From a bacterium (GTDB lineage Bacteria > UBA8248): a stretch of 64,000 nucleotides of DNA. Position 1 is the stretch's first letter, and each line of letters starts with the position of its first letter. The stretch is from the NCBI GenBank assembly GCA_965204535.1, contig CBDBEV010000001.1, positions 1,152,001 to 1,216,000 of the forward strand, given 5' to 3'. Both the position numbers and the translations under genes were made by a program. The notes beneath the pieces were generated by a model. It was not told where the DNA came from, ran no database searches, and worked only from the letters and a program-made list of their open reading frames with translations. This document shows, piece by piece, positions 1-11,731 of this stretch.

Positions 1-255
1 GATGTAGCCCACCCAGTCGCGCCCGCCCACGTTGGTGTCGAAGCGCGCGTCCCCGTCGGTCACGATGTCCAGCCCCGCGCGCTCCTGGTCCCTTATGACG
101 CAGGAGACGTTGTCGAGGTACTGCTCGCGGAAATCCGCGTCGATCATCGCTTCACGGAACGTCCTGCGCCCGATGTTCTGGCGGAACCAGGCCGGCCGGG
201 GCAGGGAGCCCGTGATGGTGGTGGGAAGTATGAGGTCACTCGTGGCGATGTACAT
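1..255 (-). CDS. Cobalamin-independent methionine synthase (MetE C-terminal/catalytic-domain-like) family protein, runs off window start
   Basis: Manual translation from ATG at 255: MYIATSDLILPTTITGSLPRPAWF...DQERAGLDIVTDGDAR. It matches the MetE-family TT.xGSxPRP and Q..AGLD..TDG motifs. GGAGGA RBS upstream. Not in the ORF track because it is truncated. Confidence 0.8.
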   Translation of the reverse strand, partial: MYIATSDLILPTTITGSLPRPAWFRQNIGRRTFREAMIDADFREQYLDNVSCVIRDQERAGLDIVTDGDARFDTNVGGRDWVGYI

Positions 256-337
256 GTCGATTCCTCCGCTCGAAATGGTTTCGGCGAATCATCTTGTTCG
301 GCTGCGGCGGCTTTCTCGCTTTCAATACCTCCCTTAC

Positions 338-540
338 GGGGCTGTTGAAAAAGTCATCCTTGGTCGCAATGACGGCCATAACCCGAACCCGGGCTGAGGC
401 GCAGGCTGTCTCCTTGAAAATCAACCCCCCCTTACCCCCCCCTTGTCAGGGGGGTATAAAAAGGCGATGCGCCCCGCCTGACTGAGAGGGTTTTGCTTTT
501 TCTTGCCCCCCTGACAAGGGGAACTTTTTCCAACAACCCC
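338..540. mobile_element. MITE-like element with IS1182-type ends
   Basis: Left end GGGGCTGTTGAAAAAGT, right end ACTTTTTCCAACAACCCC (imperfect inverted pair, similar to the IS ends at 52368/53859). Flanks CTTAC/CTTGC. Internal CCCCCCTTGTCAGGGGGG palindromes; no coding capacity. Confidence 0.7.
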
Positions 541-557
541 CTTGCGCCGCGCGCGTC

Positions 558-1553
558 TTAGAGCTTCATGAGCCTGGCGGGCGTCTCGCGCAGGATTTTC
601 TCCTGGGCTTCTTCCGTGAGTCCCGCTCCCTCGACGAAATCCACGACGCGCCCCTGCATCATGTCGTAGGGGTAGTCCGTGCCGCACACGACGCGGTCGG
701 CCCCCACCTCGTCGACCATCCACTTGAGCGCCGAGGGGTTGAAGGTGATGACGTCGAAATAGAGGTTCTTGAAATAGTGCCGGGGCGGGTGTGGCGTGTG
801 CACCTTGGTTTCCGGCCGTACTTCCCAGCAGTGCTGGATGCGCCCGACCGCCCAGGGGAGGTTTCCGCCCGCATGGGCGAGCAGTAGCTGGAGGTTCGGG
901 TAGCGCTCGAAATGGCCGGAGAGGATGAGCCTCGTGGCGGCGATGGTGGTGGAGAGCGGGTTTCCGATGCAGTTCGCCATGTAATAGGGGAAAAGTGCTT
1001 TCAAGTCGGCGAAATCGGGATGAATGAACACAAGCGCGCCGAGACGTTCCGCCGCCGCCCAGAATTCTTCGTACTGGGGCTCGTCCAGCGCGTGGGAGCC
1101 GATGCGATCCGAGATGATGCAGCCGAGCAGGCCCTTGCCCATCGCGCGCTCGAGCTCAGCGGCCGCGGCCTCGCCTCCGTTCTGCATGGGCAGGTTGCAA
1201 AGGCCGCGGAATTGCGCGGCGTTCTGGTTGCAGAAATCGACCACGCCGTCGTTTTGAATCTGGATGATCTCCTCGCCCGCCTTGCCGCCGATCCAGTAAT
1301 AGAACGTGGGCGGCGGCGGGGAGGCCAGCGCCATGTCGAGCCTGTCCGCCTTCATGTCGCTCAGCTTGCGCTCCGCGTCGGCGAGTTGCACCGCCCAGTT
1401 CTCCTCCGTCATCTTCGCGTTGTAGCGCGAGGATACGGGCGGGAAAAACCCTTCGAAGCTGTCGGCGTGCTGGGGGCGTCTTTCGCGCTCTTTGGCGGCG
1501 AGCGCTTCCGCCGCCGGGATGTAGATGTGGTGATGCAGATCGATGTTGGGCAA
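558..1553 (-). CDS. Amidohydrolase family protein (amidohydro_2, ACMSD-like decarboxylase/hydratase)
   Basis: IDLHHH metal motif, FIHP, AHAGG, GTDYPY. Probable TTG start at 1553 after GGAGGG (ORF track extends to 1652). Confidence 0.85.
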   Translation of the reverse strand: MPNIDLHHHIYIPAAEALAAKERERRPQHADSFEGFFPPVSSRYNAKMTEENWAVQLADAERKLSDMKADRLDMALASPPPPTFYYWIGGKAGEEIIQIQNDGVVDFCNQNAAQFRGLCNLPMQNGGEAAAAELERAMGKGLLGCIISDRIGSHALDEPQYEEFWAAAERLGALVFIHPDFADLKALFPYYMANCIGNPLSTTIAATRLILSGHFERYPNLQLLLAHAGGNLPWAVGRIQHCWEVRPETKVHTPHPPRHYFKNLYFDVITFNPSALKWMVDEVGADRVVCGTDYPYDMMQGRVVDFVEGAGLTEEAQEKILRETPARLMKL

Positions 1554-1786
1554 GGGGACTTCCCTCCGTTTGGGTGCTTTCGGGGCGTCTTCGCGCCCGA
1601 CTGGCTGCAGAAATGGTGATCGCCTTTTCGGAGAGAGTAGATTCTGGCGCATTCCGCGTCAATCGAGATTTGCGCCCGCCGATTGACGCCCTCGATACGG
1701 AGTGAGAAACTTCTGCTCCGCGCTCGACGTGGCGCGACGGCGGGATGTTTAGCGCCTCCCGGCCTTGCGTGGAGGTAACGATTCCG

Positions 1787-2122
1787 GTGAATGAAGAGGA
1801 CGCTCCCAGGCTGCCGCGCTCCTACGAGGGGCTCGGCGCCCTGCAAGCCGAATTCGCGCGCTACCAGCAAGAAGCGTTTCCGGAGCGCGAGCCCCGGTTT
1901 TTCGCCCTGGAGCTTGCGGGCGAGACAGGCGAACTCGCGAACCTGGAGAAAAAGGAGTGGAAGGGCCGCGAGGTAGACCGGGCGGCCTATACCGACGAGG
2001 CGGCGGATGTCATGATCGCCGTGATGAACTACGCGAACGCGCGGGGGATCGATTTGGCCGAGGCCGTTTCCGAGAAAATGGCCAAGATCGAGCGCATCAG
2101 AAGGGAGCGGCCCGAGAAATAA
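1787..2122 (+). CDS. MazG-like (all-alpha) nucleotide pyrophosphohydrolase
   Basis: LAGETGELAN...DEAADV ExxE...ExxD motif and C-terminal IDLAEAVSEKM. GTG start after GGAGG. Confidence 0.75.
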   Translation: MNEEDAPRLPRSYEGLGALQAEFARYQQEAFPEREPRFFALELAGETGELANLEKKEWKGREVDRAAYTDEAADVMIAVMNYANARGIDLAEAVSEKMAKIERIRRERPEK

Positions 2123-2226
2123 GCCCGATACCCCGCAGTTTTCGGTGCTTGGGGCGGCGCCGGAAAGAGTGGAAAAAAGCCGCTGCATGAATGTTCTGTA
2201 AACCAGAGCGGAAAGGATGAGATTCG

Positions 2227-3036
2227 ATGTCAGGCCTCCCGACGGAGCCGGCCGACCTCGCCGACGTGCAGGCGAGTTCCGATGAGCGAAACGTCAAGAT
2301 AGACAAGGTGGGTGTCAAGAACATCCGCTACCCCATCGTGGTGAAGGACCGGGCGAAAGACGCCCAGCACACCATCGGCAACGTCAACATGTATGTCGAC
2401 CTGCCGCACCACTTCAAGGGCACCCACATGAGTCGGTTCCTGGAAGTGTTGAACGAGCACACCGACGCCATCGGCGTGGACAGCGTGCCATCGCTCCTGC
2501 AGACGATTCGCGAGCGCCTGGACGCGCAGACGGCGCATTTTTCCGTCACCTTTCCCTACTTCATGCACAAGGCCGCCCCGGTGACGGGCGCCGAGGGCCT
2601 GATGGCCCTCGAATGCGGTTTCGAGGCCTCGGCGGGTGCGGTGGACGACTTCGTCCTGAGCATCATGGTGCGCATCGCCACGCTGTGTCCGTGTTCGAAA
2701 GAGATCAGCCTGCGCGGCGCCCACAACCAGCGGGGTCACGTGCGCATCAAGGTGCGCTTCGACGGCGAGTTCTGGATCGAGGAGCTCGTCGAGGTCGCCG
2801 AGAGAGCGGGCAGCTGCGCGCTCTATCCGATCCTGAAGCGCGAGGATGAGAAGTTCGTCACCGAGACGGCTTTCGACAACCCCCGCTTCGTGGAGGACGT
2901 GGTGCGCGAGGCGGCCCTCCTGCTCCGGAACGACAAGCGAATCCGCTGGTTCCAGGTGGAAGTCGAGAACTTCGAGTCCATCCACGACCACAACGCCTAC
3001 GCCTTCATCGAGGAAGAGGTGCGTCCCAAAGAGTAG
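2227..3036 (+). CDS. folE2: GTP cyclohydrolase IB
   Basis: KGTHMSRF, TLCPCSK, GAHNQR, ENFESIHDHNAYA motifs. Confidence 0.95.
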   Translation: MSGLPTEPADLADVQASSDERNVKIDKVGVKNIRYPIVVKDRAKDAQHTIGNVNMYVDLPHHFKGTHMSRFLEVLNEHTDAIGVDSVPSLLQTIRERLDAQTAHFSVTFPYFMHKAAPVTGAEGLMALECGFEASAGAVDDFVLSIMVRIATLCPCSKEISLRGAHNQRGHVRIKVRFDGEFWIEELVEVAERAGSCALYPILKREDEKFVTETAFDNPRFVEDVVREAALLLRNDKRIRWFQVEVENFESIHDHNAYAFIEEEVRPKE

Positions 3037-3093
3037 TTCGTTTCAAGTGGGTGGGAACCAGTCAGAAAATAAAAAAACAAAGGCAAAATAAAT

Positions 3094-3119
3094 GGATTCC
3101 GGCTTTCGCCGGAATGACG
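3094..3119. repeat. REP-like hairpin (CGTC/GACG-tagged type)
   Basis: GGATTCCGGCTTTCGCCGGAATGACG stem-loop; related half-copy at about 56610-56631. Confidence 0.6.
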
Positions 3120-3167
3120 AACGAAACCACACCCTCCACAGGGTCATACTAGCTAAGGAGAATGGTA

Positions 3168-3335
3168 ATTCACTCCCCCCTTGAGGGGGAGTCGATGAAG
3201 CCGAGCGGTTTGTGCGAAGGCTGAATCGGTGGGGGGTAAAATGCGTTTTGTTGTCAGTCCGAATTATACCCCCCACCGAATCGCTTTCGGGCTTACGCCC
3301 TCAGCTCTTCGACTCCCCCTCAAGGGGGGAGTGAA
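3168..3335. repeat. REPIN-like nested palindromic repeat
   Basis: TTCACTCCCCCCTTGAGGGGGAGTCG...TCGGTGGGGGG...CCCCCCACCGAATC...CGACTCCCCCTCAAGGGGGGAGTGAA. A close reverse-complement copy is at 56323-56510 and a related copy at 52225. Confidence 0.85.
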
Positions 3336-3351
3336 CTTCAAAAGCGTGCGC

Positions 3352-3621
3352 TCAACCAAAATCGCTCCACGGGACTTTTTCAACAGCCCCCAGATCGACG
3401 GCTTGTTTGGTTATCTTCTGGACGGAGAATAAATCGTCGTCGTATTTTTCTTTGGCGAAAACGACCGCGTCGTGCACGGAATCGAAGATTTGCACTATTT
3501 TCTTGCCGCGCATGAGAGCGAATTTTCCGTTATGCGCCTCAATCAGTTCGGGGAGCAGTTTCTGAAAAGCCTCAAAATTTTTATCCACTTCAGCCTGAAT
3601 GGCGGGATGATCCATCATCAC
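3352..3621 (-). CDS. Small DUF5678-like protein, C-terminus probably replaced by a mobile-element end
   Basis: NFEAFQKLLPELIEAHNGKFALMRGKKIVQIFDS...FSVQKIT...VDLG pattern; GGAGGAG RBS. After DLG the frame reads directly into the IS-like end at 3390. Confidence 0.6.
   Translation of the reverse strand: MMMDHPAIQAEVDKNFEAFQKLLPELIEAHNGKFALMRGKKIVQIFDSVHDAVVFAKEKYDDDLFSVQKITKQAVDLGAVEKVPWSDFG
3371..3390 (-). repeat. IS1182-like terminal repeat (no partner end seen)
   Basis: GGACTTTTTCAACAGCCCC is the reverse complement of GGGGCTGTTGAAAAAGTCC, the same end as at 56277. Confidence 0.75.
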
Positions 3622-3934
3622 TCCTCCCCGAATCTCTCAGGGTAATATCCATGTGGAATAAGTTCCCGATCACCTTCTTACCATAGAGAAGGCTTACTCA
3701 TAATATATGACCTCGTGTTCTGGTATAGTATACTCTGTTCGATACGATTTCACGGCGGACATCAGGCCGACGAATGAGAATACCTCCCTCGCGACTCAAG
3801 GAGTGGCGATATTCCATGCGCCGCGCGACGGCACGTCAAACCCCTCATCGAAATTTTGTGCTTTTCTCGCGCCGGAAAATCACTTATAACCATCTTTTGG
3901 TTTGATTCTTTAAGCGTTTGATTCGGGACGGTTT

Positions 3935-6900
3935 ATGGACGCAAACACAAGAGACAGGCGGATTGACGCGCTCCACGGGCTTCTGGCGTCGCGCATCGTG
4001 ATCATCGACGGCGCGATGGGCACCATGCTCCAGGACGAGAATCTGGATGAAGCCGCCTACAGGGGCGAGCGCTTCGCCGAGCACCCCTGTGACTTGAAGG
4101 GCAACCACGATCTGCTCAGCATCACGCAACCGGCCGTCGTAAGACGGATTCACGACGAATTCCTCGCTGCGGGTGCTGACATCATCGAGACGAACTCGTT
4201 CAACTCCACGGCCATATCCATGGCGGACTACCAGATGGAAGAGGTGGTCTACGAGATGAACGAGACCTCCGCGCGCCTGGCCCGTGAGGCGGCGGACGCC
4301 TTCGAGCGCGCGCATCCGGGAGAGTATCGCTTCGTGGCCGGGGTTCTCGGTCCCACGAACCGCACCGCCTCCATCTCGCCGAGGGTGAACGAGCCGGGTT
4401 TCCGTAACATCAGCTTCGAAGAGTTGGTGGCGGCCTACACTACCTCGATTCGCGGCCTCGTCACGGGCGGCTCCGATTTGCTCCTGGTCGAGACCGTCTT
4501 CGACACCCTGAACTGCAAGGCCGTGATGTTCGCAGCCGAGCAGTATTTCGAAGACGAGGGCGTTCGCGTCCCCGTCATGATTTCTGGAACCATCACCGAC
4601 GCGAGCGGCCGCACCCTGTCGGGCCAGACGACCGAGGCGTTCTGGAATTCGGTCGCAGGCTACCGGCCCATCTGCGTGGGGCTCAACTGCGCCCTGGGGG
4701 CCGAGGACCTCCGCCCCTACATACGCGAACTCTCCCGCGTGGCCGACGCGCCGGTAAGCATCTACCCCAACGCCGGTCTCCCCAACGAGTTCGGCGAATA
4801 CGACGACACCCCCGAGGACATGGCCGAGGTGCTCGCCGAATTCGCCCGGAGCGGCTTTATGAACCTGGTGGGCGGCTGCTGCGGCACCACGCCCGCGCAT
4901 ATCCGCGCGATCAAGGAGGCGGTGGAGGGCTTCGCTCCGCGCCGGGTCCCCGAAATTCCGCCGCGCTGCCGCCTGAGCGGCCTGGAGCCTCTGAACATCG
5001 GCCCCGAGACGGGGTTCGTGAACGTGGGCGAGCGCACCAACGTGGCGGGCTCCGCGCGCTTCGCCAAGCTCATCCGCGAGGGAGACTACGAGAAGGCCCT
5101 CGAAGTCGCCCGCCAGCAGGTGGAAAACGGCGCCCAGCTCATCGACGTGAACATGGACGAGGGGATGCTCGACTCCGAAGAGGCGATGACCACCTTCTTG
5201 AGGCTCATCGCCGCGGAACCGGACATCAGCCGCGTGCCGGTGATGATCGATTCTTCCAAGTGGGAGGTCATCGAGGCGGGCCTCAAGTGCCTGCAGGGGA
5301 AACCCATCGTCAACTCCATCAGCCTGAAAGAGGGGGAGGAGGCCTTCATCGAGCAGGCGCGGCTCGTGAAACGCTACGGCGCGGCCGTTTTGGTGATGGC
5401 CTTCGATGAAACGGGCCAGGCGGAGAGCGCGGAGCGCAAGTTCGAGATTTGCGAGCGCGCCTACAACATTCTGACGCGCGAGGTGGGCTTCTCGCCCAAC
5501 GACGTCATCTTCGACCCCAACATCTTCGCCGTCGCGACCGGCATCGAGGAGCACAACGAATACGCCGCCGCCTATTTCGAGGCCGTCGAGCGCATCAAGC
5601 AGGAGTTGCCCGGCGCGCTCGTGAGCGGGGGCGTGAGCAACGTCTCCTTCTCCTTCCGGGGCAACAACGGCGTGCGCGAGGCCATGCACTCGGCCTTTTT
5701 GTATCACGCCATCAGGAACGGGATGGACATGGGCATCGTGAACGCGGGCCAGCTCGCGGTGTACCAGGAAATCCCGCAGGACCTGCTCGCGCGAATCGAG
5801 GACGTGCTCCTGAACCGCCGCGAGGACGCCACCGAGCGCCTCCTCGAGGTGGCCGAGGGCGTGAAGGGCCGGGCGAAGTCGCGCGCCGAGAACCTCGCCT
5901 GGCGCGAGCGGCCCGTGAACGAACGCCTCTCCCACGCGCTGGTGGAGGGAATCACGCAGTACATCGTGGAGGATACCGAAGAAGCGCGCCTCGCGGCGTC
6001 ACATCCCATCGAGGTGATCGAAGGCCCGCTCATGGACGGCATGAACGTCGTGGGCGAGCTTTTCGGTTCGGGCAAGATGTTCCTTCCCCAGGTGGTCAAG
6101 AGCGCGCGGGTGATGAAGACCGCCGTCGCCCATCTGGTCCCCTTCCTCGAGGCGGAAAAGGTGGAGGGCGAGGCGACCTCGAACGGAAGGGCGCTTCTCG
6201 CCACCGTGAAGGGTGACGTTCACGACATCGGCAAGAACATCGTGGGCGTCGTGCTCCAGTGCAACAACTACGAGGTCATCGACCTTGGCGTCATGACCCC
6301 CTGCGCGAAGATTTTACAGACCGCTCGGGAAGAAGGCGTGGACGTCATCGGACTGAGCGGCCTCATCACCCCCTCGCTCGATGAGATGGTGACCGTGGCG
6401 GGCGAGATGGAGCGCCTGGGCTTCGATATCCCCCTGCTGATCGGCGGGGCGACGACCTCGAAGGTGCACACCGCCGTCAAGATCGCGCCCGACTACGGGG
6501 GGCCGACGGTCTACGTGGAGGACGCATCGAGGAGCGTGGGCGTGATGGGCAGCCTCATGAGCGATTCCATGCGGGAGGATTTTCTCGCCGCAAGGCGCGA
6601 GGAATACGAAGGCGTTCGCGCACGCCACGAGGCGCGGCGCGCCCACGCCGAGTTCTGTGTTTTGGAGGAAGCGCGCGAGAACCGCCTGCGAATCGACTGG
6701 GCGGCCTCTGCGCCTCCGGCTCCGAGGGTTCAGGGCTTGGAGGTGTTCGAGGACTATCCGCTGGCGGACTTGAGGGACCGCATCGACTGGACGCCGTTTT
6801 TCCGGACCTGGGAGCTCAGCGGCTCCTATCCCGCGATATTGAAAGACCCCGTGGTGGGCGAGGCGGCGCTCGGCTTGTATCGGGATGCCCAGGAGATGCT

Positions 6901-7708
6901 CGAGCGCATCATCGAGCGGTGCTCGCTCAGGGCCAAAGCGGTCATGGGCCTGTTCCCGGCGAATTCTGCCGGCGACGACGTGGAGATATATGCGGATTCG
7001 GAGAGAAGCGAGGTGATCGCCGTGGCCCGCTTCCTGCGCCAGCAGATGCGGAAATCATCGAGCGGCGCGAACATGTGCCTCGCGGATTTCGTGGCTCCAA
7101 AAGAAAGCGGGGTGGCGGATCACATCGGCGCCTTCGTCGTGACGGCGGGCTTAGGCGTGGATGAGGCGGCGGGCGCGTATGAGCGGGCGAACGACGATTA
7201 CGGCGCCATCATGATAAAGGCCCTCGCCGACAGGCTGGCCGAGGCGTTCGCCGAGCGCCTTCACGAGCGCGTGCGCAAAGAGTTCTGGGGATACGCCCGG
7301 GACGAGGAATTGAGCAACGAGGCGTTCATCAAGGAGAATTACCAGGGCATCCGACCGGCGCCGGGTTATCCGGCGTGTCCGGATCATACCGAAAAGCAGA
7401 CCCTCTTCGACCTCATCGACGCGCACGGGAATGCGGGCGTGAAACTCACGGAGAGCTTCGCCATGTGGCCCGCCGCCTCGGTGAGCGGGTGGTATTTCGC
7501 GCATCCCGAAGCGAGGTATTTCGGTGTGGGCAGGATCGGCCGGGATCAGGTGCGCGACTACGCCGGGCGAAAGGGGATGGAGCCCGCCTTCGTCGAGAGA
7601 TGGCTCGCATCTTCTTTGAACTACGAGGTCTCACGAGCGAAGCGCGATGCGGAGCCGGCTCCCGAAGGCGGAGCGACCATCGAGCGCCGCTCGCCCCTGA
7701 ATCCTTGA
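3935..7708 (+). CDS. metH: Cobalamin-dependent methionine synthase
   Basis: [32 protein letters not shown]12 motif, [12 protein letters not shown] reactivation domain; 1257 aa. Confidence 0.98.
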   Translation: MDANTRDRRIDALHGLLASRIVIIDGAMGTMLQDENLDEAAYRGERFAEHPCDLKGNHDLLSITQPAVVRRIHDEFLAAGADIIETNSFNSTAISMADYQMEEVVYEMNETSARLAREAADAFERAHPGEYRFVAGVLGPTNRTASISPRVNEPGFRNISFEELVAAYTTSIRGLVTGGSDLLLVETVFDTLNCKAVMFAAEQYFEDEGVRVPVMISGTITDASGRTLSGQTTEAFWNSVAGYRPICVGLNCALGAEDLRPYIRELSRVADAPVSIYPNAGLPNEFGEYDDTPEDMAEVLAEFARSGFMNLVGGCCGTTPAHIRAIKEAVEGFAPRRVPEIPPRCRLSGLEPLNIGPETGFVNVGERTNVAGSARFAKLIREGDYEKALEVARQQVENGAQLIDVNMDEGMLDSEEAMTTFLRLIAAEPDISRVPVMIDSSKWEVIEAGLKCLQGKPIVNSISLKEGEEAFIEQARLVKRYGAAVLVMAFDETGQAESAERKFEICERAYNILTREVGFSPNDVIFDPNIFAVATGIEEHNEYAAAYFEAVERIKQELPGALVSGGVSNVSFSFRGNNGVREAMHSAFLYHAIRNGMDMGIVNAGQLAVYQEIPQDLLARIEDVLLNRREDATERLLEVAEGVKGRAKSRAENLAWRERPVNERLSHALVEGITQYIVEDTEEARLAASHPIEVIEGPLMDGMNVVGELFGSGKMFLPQVVKSARVMKTAVAHLVPFLEAEKVEGEATSNGRALLATVKGDVHDIGKNIVGVVLQCNNYEVIDLGVMTPCAKILQTAREEGVDVIGLSGLITPSLDEMVTVAGEMERLGFDIPLLIGGATTSKVHTAVKIAPDYGGPTVYVEDASRSVGVMGSLMSDSMREDFLAARREEYEGVRARHEARRAHAEFCVLEEARENRLRIDWAASAPPAPRVQGLEVFEDYPLADLRDRIDWTPFFRTWELSGSYPAILKDPVVGEAALGLYRDAQEMLERIIERCSLRAKAVMGLFPANSAGDDVEIYADSERSEVIAVARFLRQQMRKSSSGANMCLADFVAPKESGVADHIGAFVVTAGLGVDEAAGAYERANDDYGAIMIKALADRLAEAFAERLHERVRKEFWGYARDEELSNEAFIKENYQGIRPAPGYPACPDHTEKQTLFDLIDAHGNAGVKLTESFAMWPAASVSGWYFAHPEARYFGVGRIGRDQVRDYAGRKGMEPAFVERWLASSLNYEVSRAKRDAEPAPEGGATIERRSPLNP

Positions 7709-7764
7709 TTTCCTGTCCCCCCGCGAATCCCGCCCGGAAGGATGGCCGCGTTGTGGTTTCCCCG

Positions 7765-7793
7765 TTGACGGCCCGCCCCTGTGCGACTAGATT
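7765..7793 (+). promoter_or_regulatory. Sigma70-like promoter for tRNA-Leu/tig
   Basis: TTGACG-N17-TAGATT. Confidence 0.55.
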
Positions 7794-7884
7794 GAGGGAC
7801 GCGAAATCCCGGCCCGCGGGACTCATGAAGGGCGGTGGATTCGGATACGGATTTGAAGTATAAGCGCTTGTTCGCCAAGGGGCT

Positions 7885-7969
7885 GCGAGGGTGGCGGAAC
7901 TGGTAGACGCGCTGGATTTAGGATCCAGTGCCTTCGGGCGTGGGGGTTCGAGTCCCCCCCTTCGCACCA
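7885..7969 (+). tRNA. tRNA-Leu (TAG)
   Basis: GCGAGGG acceptor pairs with CCTTCGC-ACCA; anticodon arm CTGGA-TT-TAG-GA-TCCAG; long variable arm; GGTTCGAGTCC T-arm. Confidence 0.95.
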
Positions 7970-8020
7970 AGGATTTTCAGGTTTCTTATATTTTTTTGTT
8001 CTGATACCGGAGAGTGAGGC

Positions 8021-9397
8021 ATGACCGGCACAGTGAGCGACATCGACGCCTGCACGAAGCGCCTCGAAGTCGCCGTCCCGCGCGCGGAGGTCGCCGACGA
8101 GATAGAGCGCGCCTACAGGCGGCTCTCGGGGCGCGTGAAGATGAAGGGCTTCCGGAAGGGGAAAATCCCCCGCCGCGTGCTGGAGCGCTACTACGGCGAG
8201 GAGGTGCAGGCGGAAGTTCTGAACCACGTGATATCGACTTCCTACCGCAGCCTTCTGGAAGACAAGGGTATGCGCCCGGTGGGCGAGCCGAACGTGACCG
8301 ACATCAATATGGACGACGACGCGCCCGAGTTGACCTACAGGGCGACGGTGGAGGTCATCCCCCCCTTCGAACTCGGCGAGTACAAGGGTCTTCATGTCAA
8401 GGTGCGCCGCGGTACGGTGACGGACGAGATGGTCGATCAACAGATCGAGGCCCTCCGGCAGCGGGCCGCCACGTTCGAGGACGTGGACAGGGAGGCCCGT
8501 GCGGGGGATTACGTTCTCTTCGACATCGAGGGCTTCGAAGACGGCAACGCCGTGCCCGGCACCCGGGGGGAGAACCAGGCCCTCATGATCGGCGGCGATG
8601 AGGGCGAAACGGAGTTGAGCGATGCGCTCACCGGCATGAGGAGCGGCGAAGAGACGGACGTCGACATCGACGTTCCCGAGGGCGCCTCGCCCAACATCGC
8701 CGGCAAGAGCCTCCGGTTCCACCTTCATCTCAAGGAAGTGAAAGAAGCGCATCCGCCCGAACTGGACGAGGAATTCGTCAAGTCCCTGGGCCGCGGCTAT
8801 ACCAGCACGGAGGACTTGCGGGCCGATGTCGCCAAGGAAATGGAATCGATGGAGGATTCGAATGCGCGCGGCAACGGGATTTCCGAGTTGCTGAAGTCGC
8901 TGCTCGAAGCGCATCCTTTCGAGGTGCCCCCAACACTCGTGCGGGGGGAGGCGGATCAGCAGATTCGCGAATACGAGCGGCGTCTGCGCCAGGAGAACCC
9001 CGACGTTCAACTCTCGGAAGCCAAGATAGAAGAGTTGCGCGAGGAGGTAAGGCCTCAGGCCGAGGAGCAGGTTCGCCGGCTCATTATCGTGGAGCGCATC
9101 CGCGAGGCGGAAGAGATCGAGGCGAACGCCGAGGAGGTCGAGGCGCAAATCAACATCTCTGCCGCGCGCTACAGCATGACGCCCGAGAAACTTCGCGAGC
9201 GGATGATGACGACCGGGGCGATGGCCTCGCTCGTCTCGAACATCAACTACAACAAGACGGTGAGTTGGCTTTATGATCAGGCCGACGTGGAATTCGACGT
9301 TCACGATGCCGCCGAGCATGAGGCGCAATCCCGCGGCCCCGGGGAGGGGACGGGGGAGGAGCGCTCCCCGGACGGCGATTCGAAAGAGGATGGATAA
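8021..9397 (+). CDS. tig: Trigger factor
   Basis: KGFRKGKIP ribosome-binding signature, FKBP-like middle domain, tRNA-Leu-tig-clpP-clpX synteny. Confidence 0.93.
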   Translation: MTGTVSDIDACTKRLEVAVPRAEVADEIERAYRRLSGRVKMKGFRKGKIPRRVLERYYGEEVQAEVLNHVISTSYRSLLEDKGMRPVGEPNVTDINMDDDAPELTYRATVEVIPPFELGEYKGLHVKVRRGTVTDEMVDQQIEALRQRAATFEDVDREARAGDYVLFDIEGFEDGNAVPGTRGENQALMIGGDEGETELSDALTGMRSGEETDVDIDVPEGASPNIAGKSLRFHLHLKEVKEAHPPELDEEFVKSLGRGYTSTEDLRADVAKEMESMEDSNARGNGISELLKSLLEAHPFEVPPTLVRGEADQQIREYERRLRQENPDVQLSEAKIEELREEVRPQAEEQVRRLIIVERIREAEEIEANAEEVEAQINISAARYSMTPEKLRERMMTTGAMASLVSNINYNKTVSWLYDQADVEFDVHDAAEHEAQSRGPGEGTGEERSPDGDSKEDG

Positions 9398-9400
9398 ACA

Positions 9401-10051
9401 GTGGCACTCGTACCCATGGTGGTGGAACAGACGAACAGAGGCGAGCGGGCGTATGACATCTACAGCCGCCTGCTCAAGGAGAGAATCATTTTTCTGGGCA
9501 CGGCGATAGACGACACCATCGCGAACCTGGTGACGGCCCAGCTGCTTTTCCTGGAGGCGGAGGAACCCGACCGCGACATCGCCATGTACGTGAACAGCCC
9601 GGGCGGGACCGTCACGGCGGGCCTCGCCATTTACGACACGATGCAGTACATCAAGCCCGACGTGTCGACCATCTGCATCGGCCAGGCGGCGAGCATGGGC
9701 GCGCTCCTGCTGACGGCGGGGGCGAAGGGCAAGCGCTACGCCCTGCCCAACTCGCGCATCCTGATCCACCAGCCCCTGGGCGGCGTGCAGGGACAGGCGA
9801 GCGACATCGACATCCAGGCGCGCGAGATTCTCCGCATGCGCGAGGAGCTCAACGAGATTCTCGCGAGACACACCGGCCAGCCGATCAAGCAGATTGAAAA
9901 AGACACCGATCGTGATAATTTTATGACGGCCGAGCAGGCGAAGGACTACGGCCTGCTCGACGACGTGATCATCGCGCGCTCGGACGCATCGGGCATCGTG
10001 CCCGACGTCGGCGGCGATGACGGCGCGAACGAGGAGAACAACGGCTCCTAG
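9401..10051 (+). CDS. clpP: ATP-dependent Clp protease proteolytic subunit
   Basis: [41 protein letters not shown]; GTG start. Confidence 0.97.
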   Translation: MALVPMVVEQTNRGERAYDIYSRLLKERIIFLGTAIDDTIANLVTAQLLFLEAEEPDRDIAMYVNSPGGTVTAGLAIYDTMQYIKPDVSTICIGQAASMGALLLTAGAKGKRYALPNSRILIHQPLGGVQGQASDIDIQAREILRMREELNEILARHTGQPIKQIEKDTDRDNFMTAEQAKDYGLLDDVIIARSDASGIVPDVGGDDGANEENNGS

Positions 10052-10104
10052 ACGGAGGCCGGTTTTGTTTCGCGAAACGCTATTCTCCGAGGGGGAATGA
10101 TTCG

Positions 10105-11346
<1,242 letters not shown>

Positions 11347-11506
11347 GCCATCTTCCGCAACTTTTCTCCGACTTTTGAGCGTTTCGATAATCTCAGGCTG
11401 CGCAGTCCATCTTGCGCGGCTTCGGGGGGTGTCCGCGCACAGGCGAGGGCGGGTTGGTTTTTTTCATGAGGGGCGTTATTTTTCGTTGTTGTGGGGAAAG
11501 CGCGCG

Positions 11507-11536
11507 TTGACAATGCGCGGGCCGCTTTCCTATCAT
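11507..11536 (+). promoter_or_regulatory. Sigma70-like promoter for tRNA-Val/thrS
   Basis: TTGACA-N18-TATCAT. Confidence 0.6.
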
Positions 11537-11562
11537 TTCGCTATACCGGATATGCCGGACGA

Positions 11563-11637
11563 AGGCGCGTAGCTCAGGGGGAGAGCGCTTGCTTGACACG
11601 CAAGAGGTCGGCGGTTCAAAACCGCCCGCGCCTACCA
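11563..11637 (+). tRNA. tRNA-Val (GAC)
   Basis: AGGCGCG/CGCGCCT-ACCA acceptor; anticodon arm CTTGC-TT-GAC-AC-GCAAG; GGTTCAAA T-loop. Confidence 0.95.
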
Positions 11638-11731
11638 TTATGGAATGGACGATGAGACGGGTCGCCGCCGCATCGTGGGGATAGTTCAAGGAACTTCAAG
11701 AGGAGCTTGCGGCGTCAGCCAACGCCCGTCT

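Noticed and set aside
3622-3934. Cobalamin or SAM riboswitch upstream of metH
   Set aside because: I could not find the conserved B12-box or SAM-I core motifs by eye; an Rfam scan would be needed to exclude them.
3884-5935. Long antisense ORFs (also 7823-9871, 11735-13519, 19924-22161, 24524-26437, 61005-62750)
   Set aside because: They are shadow frames opposite well-recognised genes, expected in high-GC DNA, with no family motifs.
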